Shown one piece after another: positions 1-9,066 of a stretch of 64,000 bases of DNA. Under the pieces are notes generated by a model. The model ran no database searches. It was not told the DNA's origin and saw only the letters and a program-made list of their open reading frames with translations. The number at the start of each line of letters is the position of its first letter. The stretch's first letter is position 1. Location: assembly GCA_963769025.1 (NCBI GenBank), contig CAVYKI010000003.1, positions 1,056,001-1,120,000 on the forward strand, read 5' to 3'. The translations under genes were made by a program, and so were the position numbers. This stretch comes from an uncultured Verrucomicrobiae bacterium. Its GTDB lineage: Bacteria; Verrucomicrobiota; Verrucomicrobiia; Chthoniobacterales; Chthoniobacteraceae.

Positions 1-210
1 ATTTTTCTCAGCGGCCGCGTCTCCCTGGAGATGATGCAAAAGGCGCTCGCGGCGGGGGTGCCGCTGGTGGCTGCCATCGGCGCGCCATCCTCGCTGGCGA
101 TCGAACTGGCGGCGAAAAGCGGCCAGGCGCTTGTGGCGTTCATCCGCAGCGGAACGATGAATGTTTACGCCGGGATCGAGAGACTTCGCGGAGCGGGCAG
201 GCATCAGTAG
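1..210 (+). CDS. fdhD: Formate dehydrogenase accessory sulfurtransferase FdhD, C-terminal part (5' end outside window)
   Basis: Frame 1 translates IFLSGRVSLEMMQKALAAGVPLVAAIGAPSSLAIELAAKSGQALVAFIR...; SGRxSxEMxQKA/APSSLA is the FdhD C-terminal signature; TAG at 208-210. Confidence 0.85.
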   Translation: MFLSGRVSLEMMQKALAAGVPLVAAIGAPSSLAIELAAKSGQALVAFIRSGTMNVYAGIERLRGAGRHQ

Positions 211-241
211 CCCAACCAAGCCCACCCGCCCCGCTTGGAAA

Positions 242-652
242 TCAGCTCATCGAGAGAGGTGCCTCGGAAAGTTTCAACACGCGGCCTTCCGGGTCGCGGA
301 AATTGGTGAACGGCCCGACCGTCGTGACGATGATCCCCTGCCGGCGCAACTCGGCGAGCAGCGAGTCCTGACGCTTGAGGACGAGGCTCAGGTGAAAGTA
401 GCTCACCATCTCGCTGTTCTCCGCGGGGCGCAGGCAGATGGGGATTCCGGCGAGATCCATGGTGCAGAAGTGCCCGTATTTTTCCTGCACGACGCGTGCA
501 TTGAGGAGGTTAACGTAGAAGTCGCGGACCGCGTTGTACTGGAGGGTAAAAATCGTGATGCCGTAGCACTTCGGCTGCGCGACGACCGCACTGGCCGTGG
601 CCGTGTCGCGGTCGTGTTCCGAATCAGTGTTGAGGCGAGAGAGGCTTAGCAT
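242..652 (-). CDS. VOC (glyoxalase/bleomycin-resistance) family protein
   Basis: VRDFYVNLL...FRDPEGRVLKL pattern typical of the VOC fold; ATG at 652 chosen because it follows a sigma-54-like motif. Confidence 0.65.
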   Translation of the reverse strand: MLSLSRLNTDSEHDRDTATASAVVAQPKCYGITIFTLQYNAVRDFYVNLLNARVVQEKYGHFCTMDLAGIPICLRPAENSEMVSYFHLSLVLKRQDSLLAELRRQGIIVTTVGPFTNFRDPEGRVLKLSEAPLSMS

Positions 653-664
653 GGGACCCGATAT

Positions 665-680
665 AGCGAAGGGTGTGCCA
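665..680 (-). promoter_or_regulatory. Putative sigma-54 (-24/-12) promoter of the VOC gene
   Basis: Minus strand TGGCAC-ACCCT-TCGCT; AT-rich palindrome TTCTA-TAAT-TAGAA just upstream (691-704). Confidence 0.55.
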
Positions 681-768
681 ATTCCATAACTTCTATAATT
701 AGAATAAACACAGCACTCGTCCGTTGCGCAATTCTCACTTTCCACCCGCTGCAACCCGACCGGGCGCC

Positions 769-3364
769 CTACGGATTCGCCGCGCGCTTTTTCTGAAAAT
801 ACTCCGGGTACTTGCTCCGGAGCTGGTTCTCCAAACGCTTCATGTCGGCCGCGTTGCCGAGCTTCGTTTGAAGTTCGAGCGCACGCTCCAGCGCTCGCGG
901 GCTGACTTCGTCATCATCGATCGTCACCGGGATCGTCTCGTAGATTTGCAGCGCCTTTGTCGCGTTGCCGCGACCGGCCTCCACATCGCCGGCACGCAGG
1001 CGCAACTCGCCATTGTACCGGCCCTCGGTCGCGAGATTCAGCCCGTCCTTCACGGTCTGCTCGGCGCCGTTCCAGTCCTTCAGCAAAAGTTGCGCGTCCG
1101 CCTTTTCGATCATCCCCGCGACGCGCGGCACCGGGTCCTTCGCCGAGGCCAGATAGTCGTCGAAGCTCGCGACGGCCTCCTTGAATTTTCCCATCTTCAC
1201 CCGGCTGCGCGCGAGCAGCAGGAAGTCATCGCCGACAGCCTCCTTCCGCTTCACCAGCTCCGGGAGGAATTTCTCCGCGCGCTCGTACTGCCCGCGCTCA
1301 AAACTTTTCTGTCCGACCCAGCGGATCACATCGCTCGGAGTCACAGCCTTCCCGCCGTTCGCCTTGTAAAACTCGATCTCCTTCTCCGTCGCCTCGATGT
1401 CCTCGAGGTTGTAAAGGCACGCCATGAGCGCCAGCGAGCTGCGCTCGAAAAACTGCTCCTTGTCCAGCTTGCGCGCCGCATCGAGGTGCGGCGCGGACTT
1501 TTTGTAATTCTTCGCCTCGAACGCCGTGCGTCCGATCCAGTAATTCGCCTTCGCCCGCGCCGCCGACTCCGGAAATTCCTTCAGCAGCATCTCAAACGCG
1601 TCCGCCATGCGCGCCTGATCGCCGAGCTGCCCGTAAATCAACGCGAGATTTTCGAGCCCGAACTCGCGCTCCCTCGCCTTCGGGTGTTTCGAAACCAGCA
1701 CCTCAAAATCCTTTTGCGCCGCCGAATATTGCCGCAGTTGCATCAGCGCCGAACCGCGCTGCGCGAGCGCCGTCGGCACTTTTGGATGCGTCGGAAACTC
1801 ATTCAAAAACGCCCCGAACGTCGCCACCGCCTTGTCGAAATGCCCGAGCTGCATCCAGCACCATCCGAGCTTGAACGTCGCCTCGCCCTTGTAGTTCGCC
1901 GGCAGCCCCTTCGTCTTGGACACCACGATCTCGTAAATCGGAGCCGCGTGCTCGAAATCCCCCGCCTTGAACAGCGCCTCCGCCTTCATCAGCTGCACGC
2001 GCTCGACCTGCGGCGCAGTCGGGTTGTCGGTCAGGAACGCATTCACCTCGTTCAGCAGCCGGTCGTCGCCGGCGTCGTAAAGCATCACCAGCCGCGCGTA
2101 GCCGGCATCGCGCGCCTGCTGCGTCGCGGGATATTCCTGCGCGATCTGCGCGTACGTCGCGAGCGCCTCCTCGCGCTGCCCCAATTCGCGCTGCGCATCT
2201 GCCACGGTCACCAAAATGTTCAGCTTGCTCTCGATCTTGATGCCGGCCCCGGCGCCAGACTGATACCGCGCGAGCACGCCCTTGTAGTCCTTCTTGTCAT
2301 ACAGGAGCCGGAAGCCCGCCACCGCGATCGTGTCCTTCCACACCGCGATCTCCGGCATCGCCAGCGCCGCATCGAAAGTCTTTGAAGCCTCGTCCGGCTT
2401 CCCGAGGTCGAGCTGCAAAAGCCCCGTGCGCGCCAGCGCCTCCGCCTTGATCTGTGCGTTGCTCGTCTCCGCGGCGAGCGGCTGCAGCCATTTCAGCGCC
2501 TGCTCGCGCTGGCCCTCCTCCGAATACATCCGTCCCGTCGAGAGACGGCTCGCATCGCGGAACGGATTGTTTTCCACGATCTTCGCGAGGTCCTCGTACT
2601 GCTGCCGCGCCTCCCGCTTTTGCGAAAGCGCCTCCAGGCAGCGGCCCACGTAAAACCGCGATGCATAAATCAACGTCGGCTGCGTGAGCCGCACCGACGC
2701 CTTGCGGTACGACTGCAGCGCATCGCGGTAATCCTTCTCCTCGGTACTGCATCGAAGCCAGCCGGTACGCCGCATAGCCGAGAAATTCACCTGCGGTGAA
2801 ATTCGAGAGCAGCGCCCCGTAGTTTGCCTTTGCATTGTTGACCGCACCCGTCTGCCGGTAGCACTCGCCCAGCCGGTAGTATACCGCCTGCCGGTCGAGG
2901 GCCGGCGCCTTCGTAAATTGATCGAGGTACCGCTCGTATTCTGCCGCCGCATCCCGCCACAGCTTTTTCGCGTAAAAGCCATCCGCGTACTGGAGCTGTA
3001 CCTGGTCGGCGGTCGTGGGCGCGCCAGCCCGGCCCACCACGATGTCCCCCGGCTCCGGCAACTCGCTTCCCAATGGACGCGGCGTCTCCGGCATCGTCCT
3101 CGGCTGCGGAGGCCGGGGCGTCGCAGCCGCGGGTGCGGCTGGCGTCGGGCGTTTCACCGGCACCGCCTTGGGAATCTCCGGCTCGGCCGGCTCGGCGCCG
3201 GGGCGGAACGGCTTCAGCGGAATCGCGCGCGGCACTTCCCCGTCCTCGGGCGCGGCCGGGGCGCCCGGGCGGAACGGCTTCAGCACCTCATCCTGGCCGA
3301 TCGCCACCGCCGAGAACGCCGCCGCCAAGGCGACCGGCAGCACAAATGGGAGCCTGCGTTTCAT
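769..3364 (-). CDS. Exported tetratricopeptide-repeat protein (~860 aa) with Pro-rich N-terminal linker; one apparent +1 frameshift near 2743
   Basis: ORF 2297..3364 gives signal peptide, Pro-rich linker and first TPRs; ORF 769..2982 gives the remaining TPRs. Removing one C in TAC-C-GAG joins them (LASMQY|EEKDYRDALQSY). Confidence 0.8.
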
Positions 3365-3774
3365 TCGGGCCGGCTCACGGGGAAGGCGACATTCCAGATG
3401 CCCGCACCGCGGCAGACATCGAGCACCCGCGCCACGTACTTGTAAGGGACGTTTTCGTCACCGCGAAGGATGATCGCGTAGTCGGGATTGATCTTGGCGA
3501 GGATTGCCATCTTGTCGCCGAGCTCGTCGTAGCTCACCGGCTTCGTGTTCATCACCATCGAGCCGTCCGCCTTCAGGTTCAGCACCGTCTGGTTCACATC
3601 CAGCACCGGCTCCTCGCCGTGCTCCGCTGTCGGCACCTTCACATCGAGCTCCATTTCCTTGCGCGCAAAATTCCACGTGAGGATGAAAAAGCACAGCAGC
3701 ACGAGCAGCACGTCCACCATCGGTGCGATCTGAAAGCCCATCACCAGCGGCTCTGCGCGCCTGCGAAGTTTCAT
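3361..3774 (-). CDS. exbD: Biopolymer transport protein ExbD/TolR
   Basis: IAPMVDVLLVLLCFFIL TM with conserved Asp; IILRGDENVPYKYV periplasmic motif. Confidence 0.9.
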   Translation of the reverse strand: MKLRRRAEPLVMGFQIAPMVDVLLVLLCFFILTWNFARKEMELDVKVPTAEHGEEPVLDVNQTVLNLKADGSMVMNTKPVSYDELGDKMAILAKINPDYAIILRGDENVPYKYVARVLDVCRGAGIWNVAFPVSRPE

Positions 3775-3789
3775 CGGTGCGGGTCGGGG

Positions 3790-4680
3790 CTAAAATTCCT
3801 CATCCAGCGCCGCGCGCGACGGCTCGCGCTTCTTGTAGTTCAGCGCGATGAGCCCCACCACGTGCGAGCCCGCGACTTCGAGATCCGAGATCAGCCGCTG
3901 CACCTTGTTGCGGAAAAGCGCGTAAAAAATGAATGCCGTGACGCCCACCACGAGCCCCACGCCCGTGGCGACGAGCGCCTCCGAGACGCCGCTCGCCAGC
4001 GCCCAGTCGCGGTTCTGCCCCACGAGTCCCCTGCCGAGACCGCCGAAGCTTTTGATGATTCCGACGACCGTGCCGAGCAGCCCCACCATCGGCGAAAGCG
4101 TCCCGATGTCCGCGAGATACGTCACCCGATGCTGGAACGACGCCGCCTGCGAGCTGGCCTCGCTCTCCGCGATGCTCTTCACCACATCGAAATTCGCACC
4201 CGGATTCTTCGTCGCAAAATCGAGCGTCCGCTGCACCACGCGCGCCACCGCCTCGCCGTGCCGGCTCGAAATCGCCAGCAGCCCGAGGTAGTCGCGCTTT
4301 TTCAAAAGCACATCCGCGGTGTTCATGTAGTGCGGCGTGAGGATCGCCGAGCGCCGCAGCGTCGCCAGGAAAACGAGCACCAGCATCACCGTCAGGATGC
4401 TCAACACACCGAGCGGGATCATCGCCCAGCCGCCGGACTCCACGAGCGTGAGCAACGTCATCTCGCTTTTCGCGGGCTGCGCCGCGGGAACGTAGCCGGA
4501 GCCCGGCTTTGGCGTCCTCGCCGCTTCGGTTCCGGGGACGCGCGTCACCGCGCCGTCCGCCGCCGTTGCAGCCGCGGGCGGACGCGGTCCTCCCGGCGGA
4601 TTTCCGTCCGCCGGCGCCTGTGCGCCCAACTGCGAAAGCCCGAGCCAAATGACCGCCATTACAGATACGAATGATTTCAT
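3790..4680 (-). CDS. exbB: MotA/TolQ/ExbB proton channel protein
   Basis: SPMVGLLGTVVGIIKSF and GVSEALVATGVGL motifs; N-terminal signal sequence from ATG at 4680. Confidence 0.9.
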   Translation of the reverse strand: MKSFVSVMAVIWLGLSQLGAQAPADGNPPGGPRPPAAATAADGAVTRVPGTEAARTPKPGSGYVPAAQPAKSEMTLLTLVESGGWAMIPLGVLSILTVMLVLVFLATLRRSAILTPHYMNTADVLLKKRDYLGLLAISSRHGEAVARVVQRTLDFATKNPGANFDVVKSIAESEASSQAASFQHRVTYLADIGTLSPMVGLLGTVVGIIKSFGGLGRGLVGQNRDWALASGVSEALVATGVGLVVGVTAFIFYALFRNKVQRLISDLEVAGSHVVGLIALNYKKREPSRAALDEEF

Positions 4681-4696
4681 GTAAAACTGAGCGCGG

Positions 4697-4724
4697 ACTG
4701 TAGCTTCCCCGCCGCCGGATGCAA
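4697..4724 (-). promoter_or_regulatory. Putative sigma-70-type promoter of exbB-exbD-TPR
   Basis: Minus strand TTGCAT-16 nt-TACAGT, 16 nt before the ATG. Confidence 0.4.
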
Positions 4725-4909
4725 CAAGCGACACAGAAAGGTTGGGAGCCGAACGTCGTGGGTTGCTATCGCTCGGCGGAGTCGGGTTGAAGCAGGATTT
4801 CCGGCGCACGAAACGCCGAGCCGTTTTCAGTCTGCCATGCAGGAGCAACATTCAACCGTCAACTCACCGAGCGCTTGCGCATCCGCGCCCCGGCGTGCAG
4901 ACGGTGGGC

Positions 4910-5821
4910 ATGACTTTTCTGGCCATCGAAATCGGCGGGACGAAGCTCCAAGTCTGCGCGGGCGGCGCCGACGGTTCGATTCTGGACCGGCGGCGTTTCG
5001 CGGTGGATCGTGCGGCTGGCGGCGAAGGCATCCGCGCGCAAATCGCCGGCGCGCTCCCGGAGCTCATCGCAAAATGGAAACCCACAGCGATCGGCGTCGG
5101 CTACGGCGGGCCGGTGGATTGGAAGACGGGCCGCATCAAATGTTCGCATCACGTCGCAGGCTGGGACGATTTTCCGCTCGGCGACTGGCTGCGCGAGCGC
5201 GCGGGCATCCCGGTCTTCGTCGAAAACGACGCGAACGTCGCCGCGTTCGGCGAGGCTTTGCACGGCGCTGGACGCGGAGCGTCGCCCGTATTTTGGGTGA
5301 ACGCCGGCAGCGGCGTCGGTGGCGGGCTCGTCGTGGACGGGCGGCTCTACCACGGCGCGCTGCCCGGCGAGATGGAGATCGGCCACGTGCGGCTCGAACG
5401 CGACGGCACGATCGTCGAGGACCGCTGCTCCGGCTGGGCCGTGGATCGCGCCGTCGCCGCAGCCGTGGAAAAGGAACCGCGGAGCGTGCTCGCACGGATC
5501 GCCGCGGAGTCGAAGCCGGACGCGCGCTGCCTCACGCCGGCGATCGCCGCGGGCTGTCCCGTCGCGGACCGCATCCTCACCGGCGCGACGGACGAACTCG
5601 CCTTTGCCCTCAGTCACGTCGTGCAGCTCCTGCATCCCGAGGTCATCGTAGTCGGCGGTGGCCTGAGCCTGCTTGGTGAGCCGCTGCGCGAACGCCTCGC
5701 CGCCGCGCTCCCGCGCTGGGTCATGGCAGCCTTCGCCCCCGGCCCGCGCGTCGCACTCGCCGGCCTCGGCGAAGAGTCCGTGCCCGTCGGCGCGCTCGCG
5801 CTCTGCCGCGCGGCGCAGTAG
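4910..5821 (+). CDS. ROK family sugar kinase
   Basis: AIEIGGTK, VENDANVAAFGE, GSGVGGG, EIGH motifs; no N-terminal HTH. Confidence 0.9.
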   Translation: MTFLAIEIGGTKLQVCAGGADGSILDRRRFAVDRAAGGEGIRAQIAGALPELIAKWKPTAIGVGYGGPVDWKTGRIKCSHHVAGWDDFPLGDWLRERAGIPVFVENDANVAAFGEALHGAGRGASPVFWVNAGSGVGGGLVVDGRLYHGALPGEMEIGHVRLERDGTIVEDRCSGWAVDRAVAAAVEKEPRSVLARIAAESKPDARCLTPAIAAGCPVADRILTGATDELAFALSHVVQLLHPEVIVVGGGLSLLGEPLRERLAAALPRWVMAAFAPGPRVALAGLGEESVPVGALALCRAAQ

Positions 5822-5901
5822 CCGCCGACGGCAGGAGGCGGGCACTTTGAAAAGGGAAACACGAAAGGAAAGTCGGCCCGCCTCCTTCCGTCGGCGGCTA
5901 C
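5818..5901. repeat. GTAG-type REP doublet (family A, inverted pair)
   Basis: GTAGCCGCCGACGGCAGGAGGCGGGC (5818-5843) ... GCCCGCCTCCTTCCGTCGGCGGCTAC (5876-5901). Confidence 0.85.
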
Positions 5902-5956
5902 CGTGAGTCCGCATCCCCTTCTCGACAGCGCCGCGCCTTTCACCGAAAAGTGCCGG

Positions 5957-6523
5957 ATGCTCGACTGGCTCGAAGACTATATCACTGCGCAAAAGAAGGC
6001 GCTCGACACCATCAAACCCGCGGACCTCGTCCCGCTCGTCGCCACCTTGCGCGAGGCCCACCGGGCTGGTCGCCGCATTTTCGTGGCGGGCAATGGCGGT
6101 AGCGCGGCGAACGCCTCGCACTTTGTCACCGACCTCGGCAAAAATTCCAGCGAGGCCATGCCCTCGCCCTTCCGCGTGCTCTCGCTCACGGACAACACGC
6201 CGTGGATCACCGCCATCGGCAACGACTACTCGTTCGACGACGTCTTCCTGCGCCAGCTCAAGAACCACGGCGAAGCCGGCGACGTGCTGCTCGTCATCAG
6301 CGTGAGCGGCAATTCGCCGAACCTCGTGAAGATTCTCGAATGGTCGAAGCAAAACTGCCTGAAAACCATCGCGCTCGTGGGCGGAAAACGCGGCCGCTGC
6401 GCGGAACTGGCCGACCAGGTCATCGTCGTCGGCGACACGCACTACGGCCGCGTCGAGGACGTGCAGATGAACATCCTGCACATGCTCTGCTACGTCTTCG
6501 TTGAGCGCGAAGACGCACGGTAG
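5957..6523 (+). CDS. SIS-domain sugar-phosphate isomerase (GmhA/phosphoheptose isomerase-like)
   Basis: GNGGSAANASH, TAIGNDY, ISVSGNSPN, VEDVQ motifs. Confidence 0.85.
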   Translation: MLDWLEDYITAQKKALDTIKPADLVPLVATLREAHRAGRRIFVAGNGGSAANASHFVTDLGKNSSEAMPSPFRVLSLTDNTPWITAIGNDYSFDDVFLRQLKNHGEAGDVLLVISVSGNSPNLVKILEWSKQNCLKTIALVGGKRGRCAELADQVIVVGDTHYGRVEDVQMNILHMLCYVFVEREDAR

Positions 6524-6545
6524 GGCGCTTTCGCCGAAAGCGCCC
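6520..6545 (+). repeat. GTAG-type REP (family B)
   Basis: GTAGGGCGCTTTCGCCGAAAGCGCCC hairpin; identical copies at 7347 and 42180. Confidence 0.85.
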
Positions 6546-6631
6546 CATTCCTCAGGCGCAGGCGCCCGGCGAGCAGGTCCATCCCCACTTTCCCCTCGCC
6601 CAACTTCCCCGTTTCGCGAAACTCGCGCCGC

Positions 6632-7000
6632 ATGAAAACCCTCCTCGCCCTCGCAACCCTCGCCCTTTTTTCCATGAGCACCATCGCCGCCGACGGCCCC
6701 GTCTGGCACATCGTCCACTTCAAGTTCAAGGCCGACGCCACGCCCGCGCAGATCGCGCAGGTGGAAAAGGATTTTGCCGCGCTGAAGGGCAAGATCGAGC
6801 TCGTGCAGTCGCTCGAATGGGGCACGGACATCTCGCCCGAGAAGCTCAGCGACGGCTTTACGCACTGCTGGGTGCTCACTTTCAAAAACGAAAAGGATCG
6901 CGACGCCTACATCGTGCATCCCGCGCACAAGGATTTTGTGGCGACCCTCGGGCCGGTTCTCGAAAAGCCGTTCGTGGTGGATTTCATCCCGAAGAAATAA
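6632..7000 (+). CDS. Dabb family (stress-responsive alpha/beta barrel) protein with signal peptide
   Basis: HIVHFKFK...EWG...GFTH...YIVHPAH...VVDF pattern. Confidence 0.85.
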   Translation: MKTLLALATLALFSMSTIAADGPVWHIVHFKFKADATPAQIAQVEKDFAALKGKIELVQSLEWGTDISPEKLSDGFTHCWVLTFKNEKDRDAYIVHPAHKDFVATLGPVLEKPFVVDFIPKK

Positions 7001-7027
7001 GGAACTCCACTGCCACCCCCCACGAGC

Positions 7028-7342
7028 ATGACCGAGATTTTTGTCCATCCCGACCCGACGCAGCTCGCCCATTGCCGGACGATCCTGGAGGAAGCCGGGA
7101 TCGAATGTTTCATCAAAAATGAGGAGACGAGCGACCTCATTGCGGGCCTGCCCGATCCGCTGCGGCAGCCGTCCCTGTTTGTGACCAAAGACGCCGACGC
7201 CGAGCGTGCGCGTGCACTGCTGCGCGAAGTCGCCGGTGCTGAAAAAAGCAACGCGCCCGAGTGGAAATGTCCGAAGTGCGGCGAGATCGTTCCGGGGAAT
7301 TTCAGCTCGTGCTGGAAGTGCGAGACCCTGCGGCCCGAGTGA
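7028..7342 (+). CDS. DUF2007-like small protein with C-terminal zinc ribbon
   Basis: ILEEAGIECFIKNE N-terminal motif; WKCPKCGE...FSSCWKC. Confidence 0.75.
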   Translation: MTEIFVHPDPTQLAHCRTILEEAGIECFIKNEETSDLIAGLPDPLRQPSLFVTKDADAERARALLREVAGAEKSNAPEWKCPKCGEIVPGNFSSCWKCETLRPE

Positions 7343-7346
7343 CCCG

Positions 7347-7435
7347 GTAGGGCGCTTTCGCCGAAAGCGCCCCGTTTTGCTCTTCGAGAGTTCCGCCGCC
7401 TCAAAAAGTGGGCGGCCTCGGCGAGGCCGCCCTAC
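7347..7435. repeat. GTAG-type REP doublet (family B, inverted pair)
   Basis: GTAGGGCGCTTTCGCCGAAAGCGCCC (7347-7372) and, on the minus strand, GTAGGGCGGCCTCGCCGAGGCCGCCC (7410-7435). Confidence 0.85.
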
Positions 7436-7807
7436 CTATGCTCCAGTCGCTGCTCGGTACGCGGCCGCGTCCTGCAGCACGTCGCGCTCGGCGGGACTCG
7501 CGGGCTCCAGCTTGAACATCCAGCCCTCGCCGTACGGGTCCGTGTTCACGAGCGCGGGATTCGCGCTGAGGCCCGCGTTGGCTGCGACGACCTTGCCCGA
7601 GACGGGCGCGTAGATGTCGCTCGCGGCCTTCACGCTCTCGACGACGCAGACGACTTCGCCGGCCTTCACGACCTTCCCGACTGCGGGCAGATCCACGAAG
7701 ACGACATCCGTCAATTCGTGCTGGGCGTGGTCGGTGATGCCGACCGTGCCGTCGGCCCGGAGCCATTCGTGGGACTTTGCGTAGCGGAGATCGTCTGGAA
7801 CTTGCAT
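7436..7807 (-). CDS. gcvH: Glycine cleavage system H protein
   Basis: SHEW...VGITDHAQ...VESVKAASD (lipoyl Lys)...DPYGEGW. Confidence 0.95.
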   Translation of the reverse strand: MQVPDDLRYAKSHEWLRADGTVGITDHAQHELTDVVFVDLPAVGKVVKAGEVVCVVESVKAASDIYAPVSGKVVAANAGLSANPALVNTDPYGEGWMFKLEPASPAERDVLQDAAAYRAATGA

Positions 7808-7812
7808 GGGAA

Positions 7813-7936
7813 GTTGAGAGATGAGTGGTGAGAGTTGAGAGGAGGCTTTCGTTTTCGGAAAATGTGCGGCGTGTTTGGAGAAGAAAGAGCCGGGCGTCGA
7901 GTCGCGACTCTCAACGCTCAACTTTCACCTCTCAAC
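7813..7936. repeat. Two inverted arrays of degenerate heptamers (GTTGAGA x4 / TCTCAAC x4)
   Basis: 7813-7840 gttgaga-gatgagt-ggtgaga-gttgaga; 7909-7936 tctcaac-gctcaac-tttcacc-tctcaac. Confidence 0.7.
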
Positions 7937-9032
7937 CCGCTCGATGGAGCGGTTTCTTTTCCACCTGCGCGGGAAAACGCCGGCCGCGGATGTCGATCTC
8001 GATGGCGGTGCCGGGTTTTGCGAATTCGACGGGCAAGTACGCGAGGCCGATGCCTGCGCCGAGCGTCGGCGAAAGCCCGCCGCTGCACGTCTCGCCGATC
8101 TGCGCGCCGTCCTTCCACACGCCGTAGTGGCTGCGCGGCGGCGGCGCTGCGCCCACCATTTTGAAAGCTGCAAGGCGCTGATTCACGCCGTTCGCCTTTT
8201 GCTGCGCGAGCACCGGGCGTCCGATGAAGTCGCCCTTTTCGAGGTCCACGAAAAATCCTAACCCGGCCTCGATCGGCGTACGCTCGGGCGAGAGATCGTT
8301 TCCATTCAGCGGATAGCACATCTCCAGGCGCAGCGTGTCGCGCGCGCCGAGCCCGCAGGGCTTGATTCCAAATTCAGCGCCCGCCGCGAGCACGGCGTTC
8401 CAGGTGCGCACGCCGTCCGCCGCTGGGGCGAACACCTCAAAACCATCCTCGCCCGTGTAGCCGGTGCGCCCGATGAAAAGCGGCACGCCGCCGACTTCGA
8501 GCTGCACGATCCCGTTGCGCGGCGGCGCGGTTTTTCCACCGGTGAATTTTGCAAACCACTCCGCAGCGCGCGGCCCCTGCACGGCCAGACCGGCGAAATC
8601 GTCGCTGCGATTTTCCAGCGTCACGCCCGCGGGCACGCGCGGCTGCAGCCATGCAAAGTCCTCGTCGATTTTCGCCGCGTTCACCACGAGCAGCCACTCG
8701 GCGTCGGCGATGCGGTAGATGATCAGGTCGTCGATCACGCCGCCGCGCTCGTTCAGCATCAGCGTGTATTGCCCGTGGCCGACGGCGAGCTTGCTCACAT
8801 TGTTGGTGAGCACGCCGTTCAGCCACGCCTCCGCGCCCGCGCCCTTCGCAAAAAACTGGCCCATGTGCGAGATGTCGAAGACGCCGAGGGCTTCCCGCAC
8901 GGTGCGGTGCTCGTCCATGATTCCCGTGTACTGCACCGGCATGTCCCAGCCGCCAAAGCCGATCATTTTTCCGCCGAGGCGGACGTGCTCGGCGTGGAGT
9001 GGCGTGCGTTTCAAATCAGCGGCGTCGGACAT
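7932..9032 (-). CDS. gcvT: Glycine cleavage system aminomethyltransferase T
   Basis: FGGWDMPVQY, FDISHMG, RTGYTGEDGFE, GLGARDTLRLE motifs. Confidence 0.95.
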   Translation of the reverse strand: MSDAADLKRTPLHAEHVRLGGKMIGFGGWDMPVQYTGIMDEHRTVREALGVFDISHMGQFFAKGAGAEAWLNGVLTNNVSKLAVGHGQYTLMLNERGGVIDDLIIYRIADAEWLLVVNAAKIDEDFAWLQPRVPAGVTLENRSDDFAGLAVQGPRAAEWFAKFTGGKTAPPRNGIVQLEVGGVPLFIGRTGYTGEDGFEVFAPAADGVRTWNAVLAAGAEFGIKPCGLGARDTLRLEMCYPLNGNDLSPERTPIEAGLGFFVDLEKGDFIGRPVLAQQKANGVNQRLAAFKMVGAAPPPRSHYGVWKDGAQIGETCSGGLSPTLGAGIGLAYLPVEFAKPGTAIEIDIRGRRFPAQVEKKPLHRAG

Positions 9033-9066
9033 GGCGCGCGGAGAGTTAAGGAGCGCCCGGGAGGTG

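Noticed and set aside
680..710. dif site
   Set aside because: AT-rich with CATAA but lacks the TTATGTTAAA XerD arm.
724..2385. Long antisense ORFs (also 4859-7072, 22026-24608, 27746-30778, 34582-37212, 41376-43556 and others)
   Set aside because: Shadows of real genes on the opposite strand in high-GC DNA; Arg/Ala-rich with no recognisable motifs.
9033..9066. Glycine riboswitch upstream of gcvT
   Set aside because: Only 34 nt separate gcvT from the rhomboid gene; no aptamer sequence.
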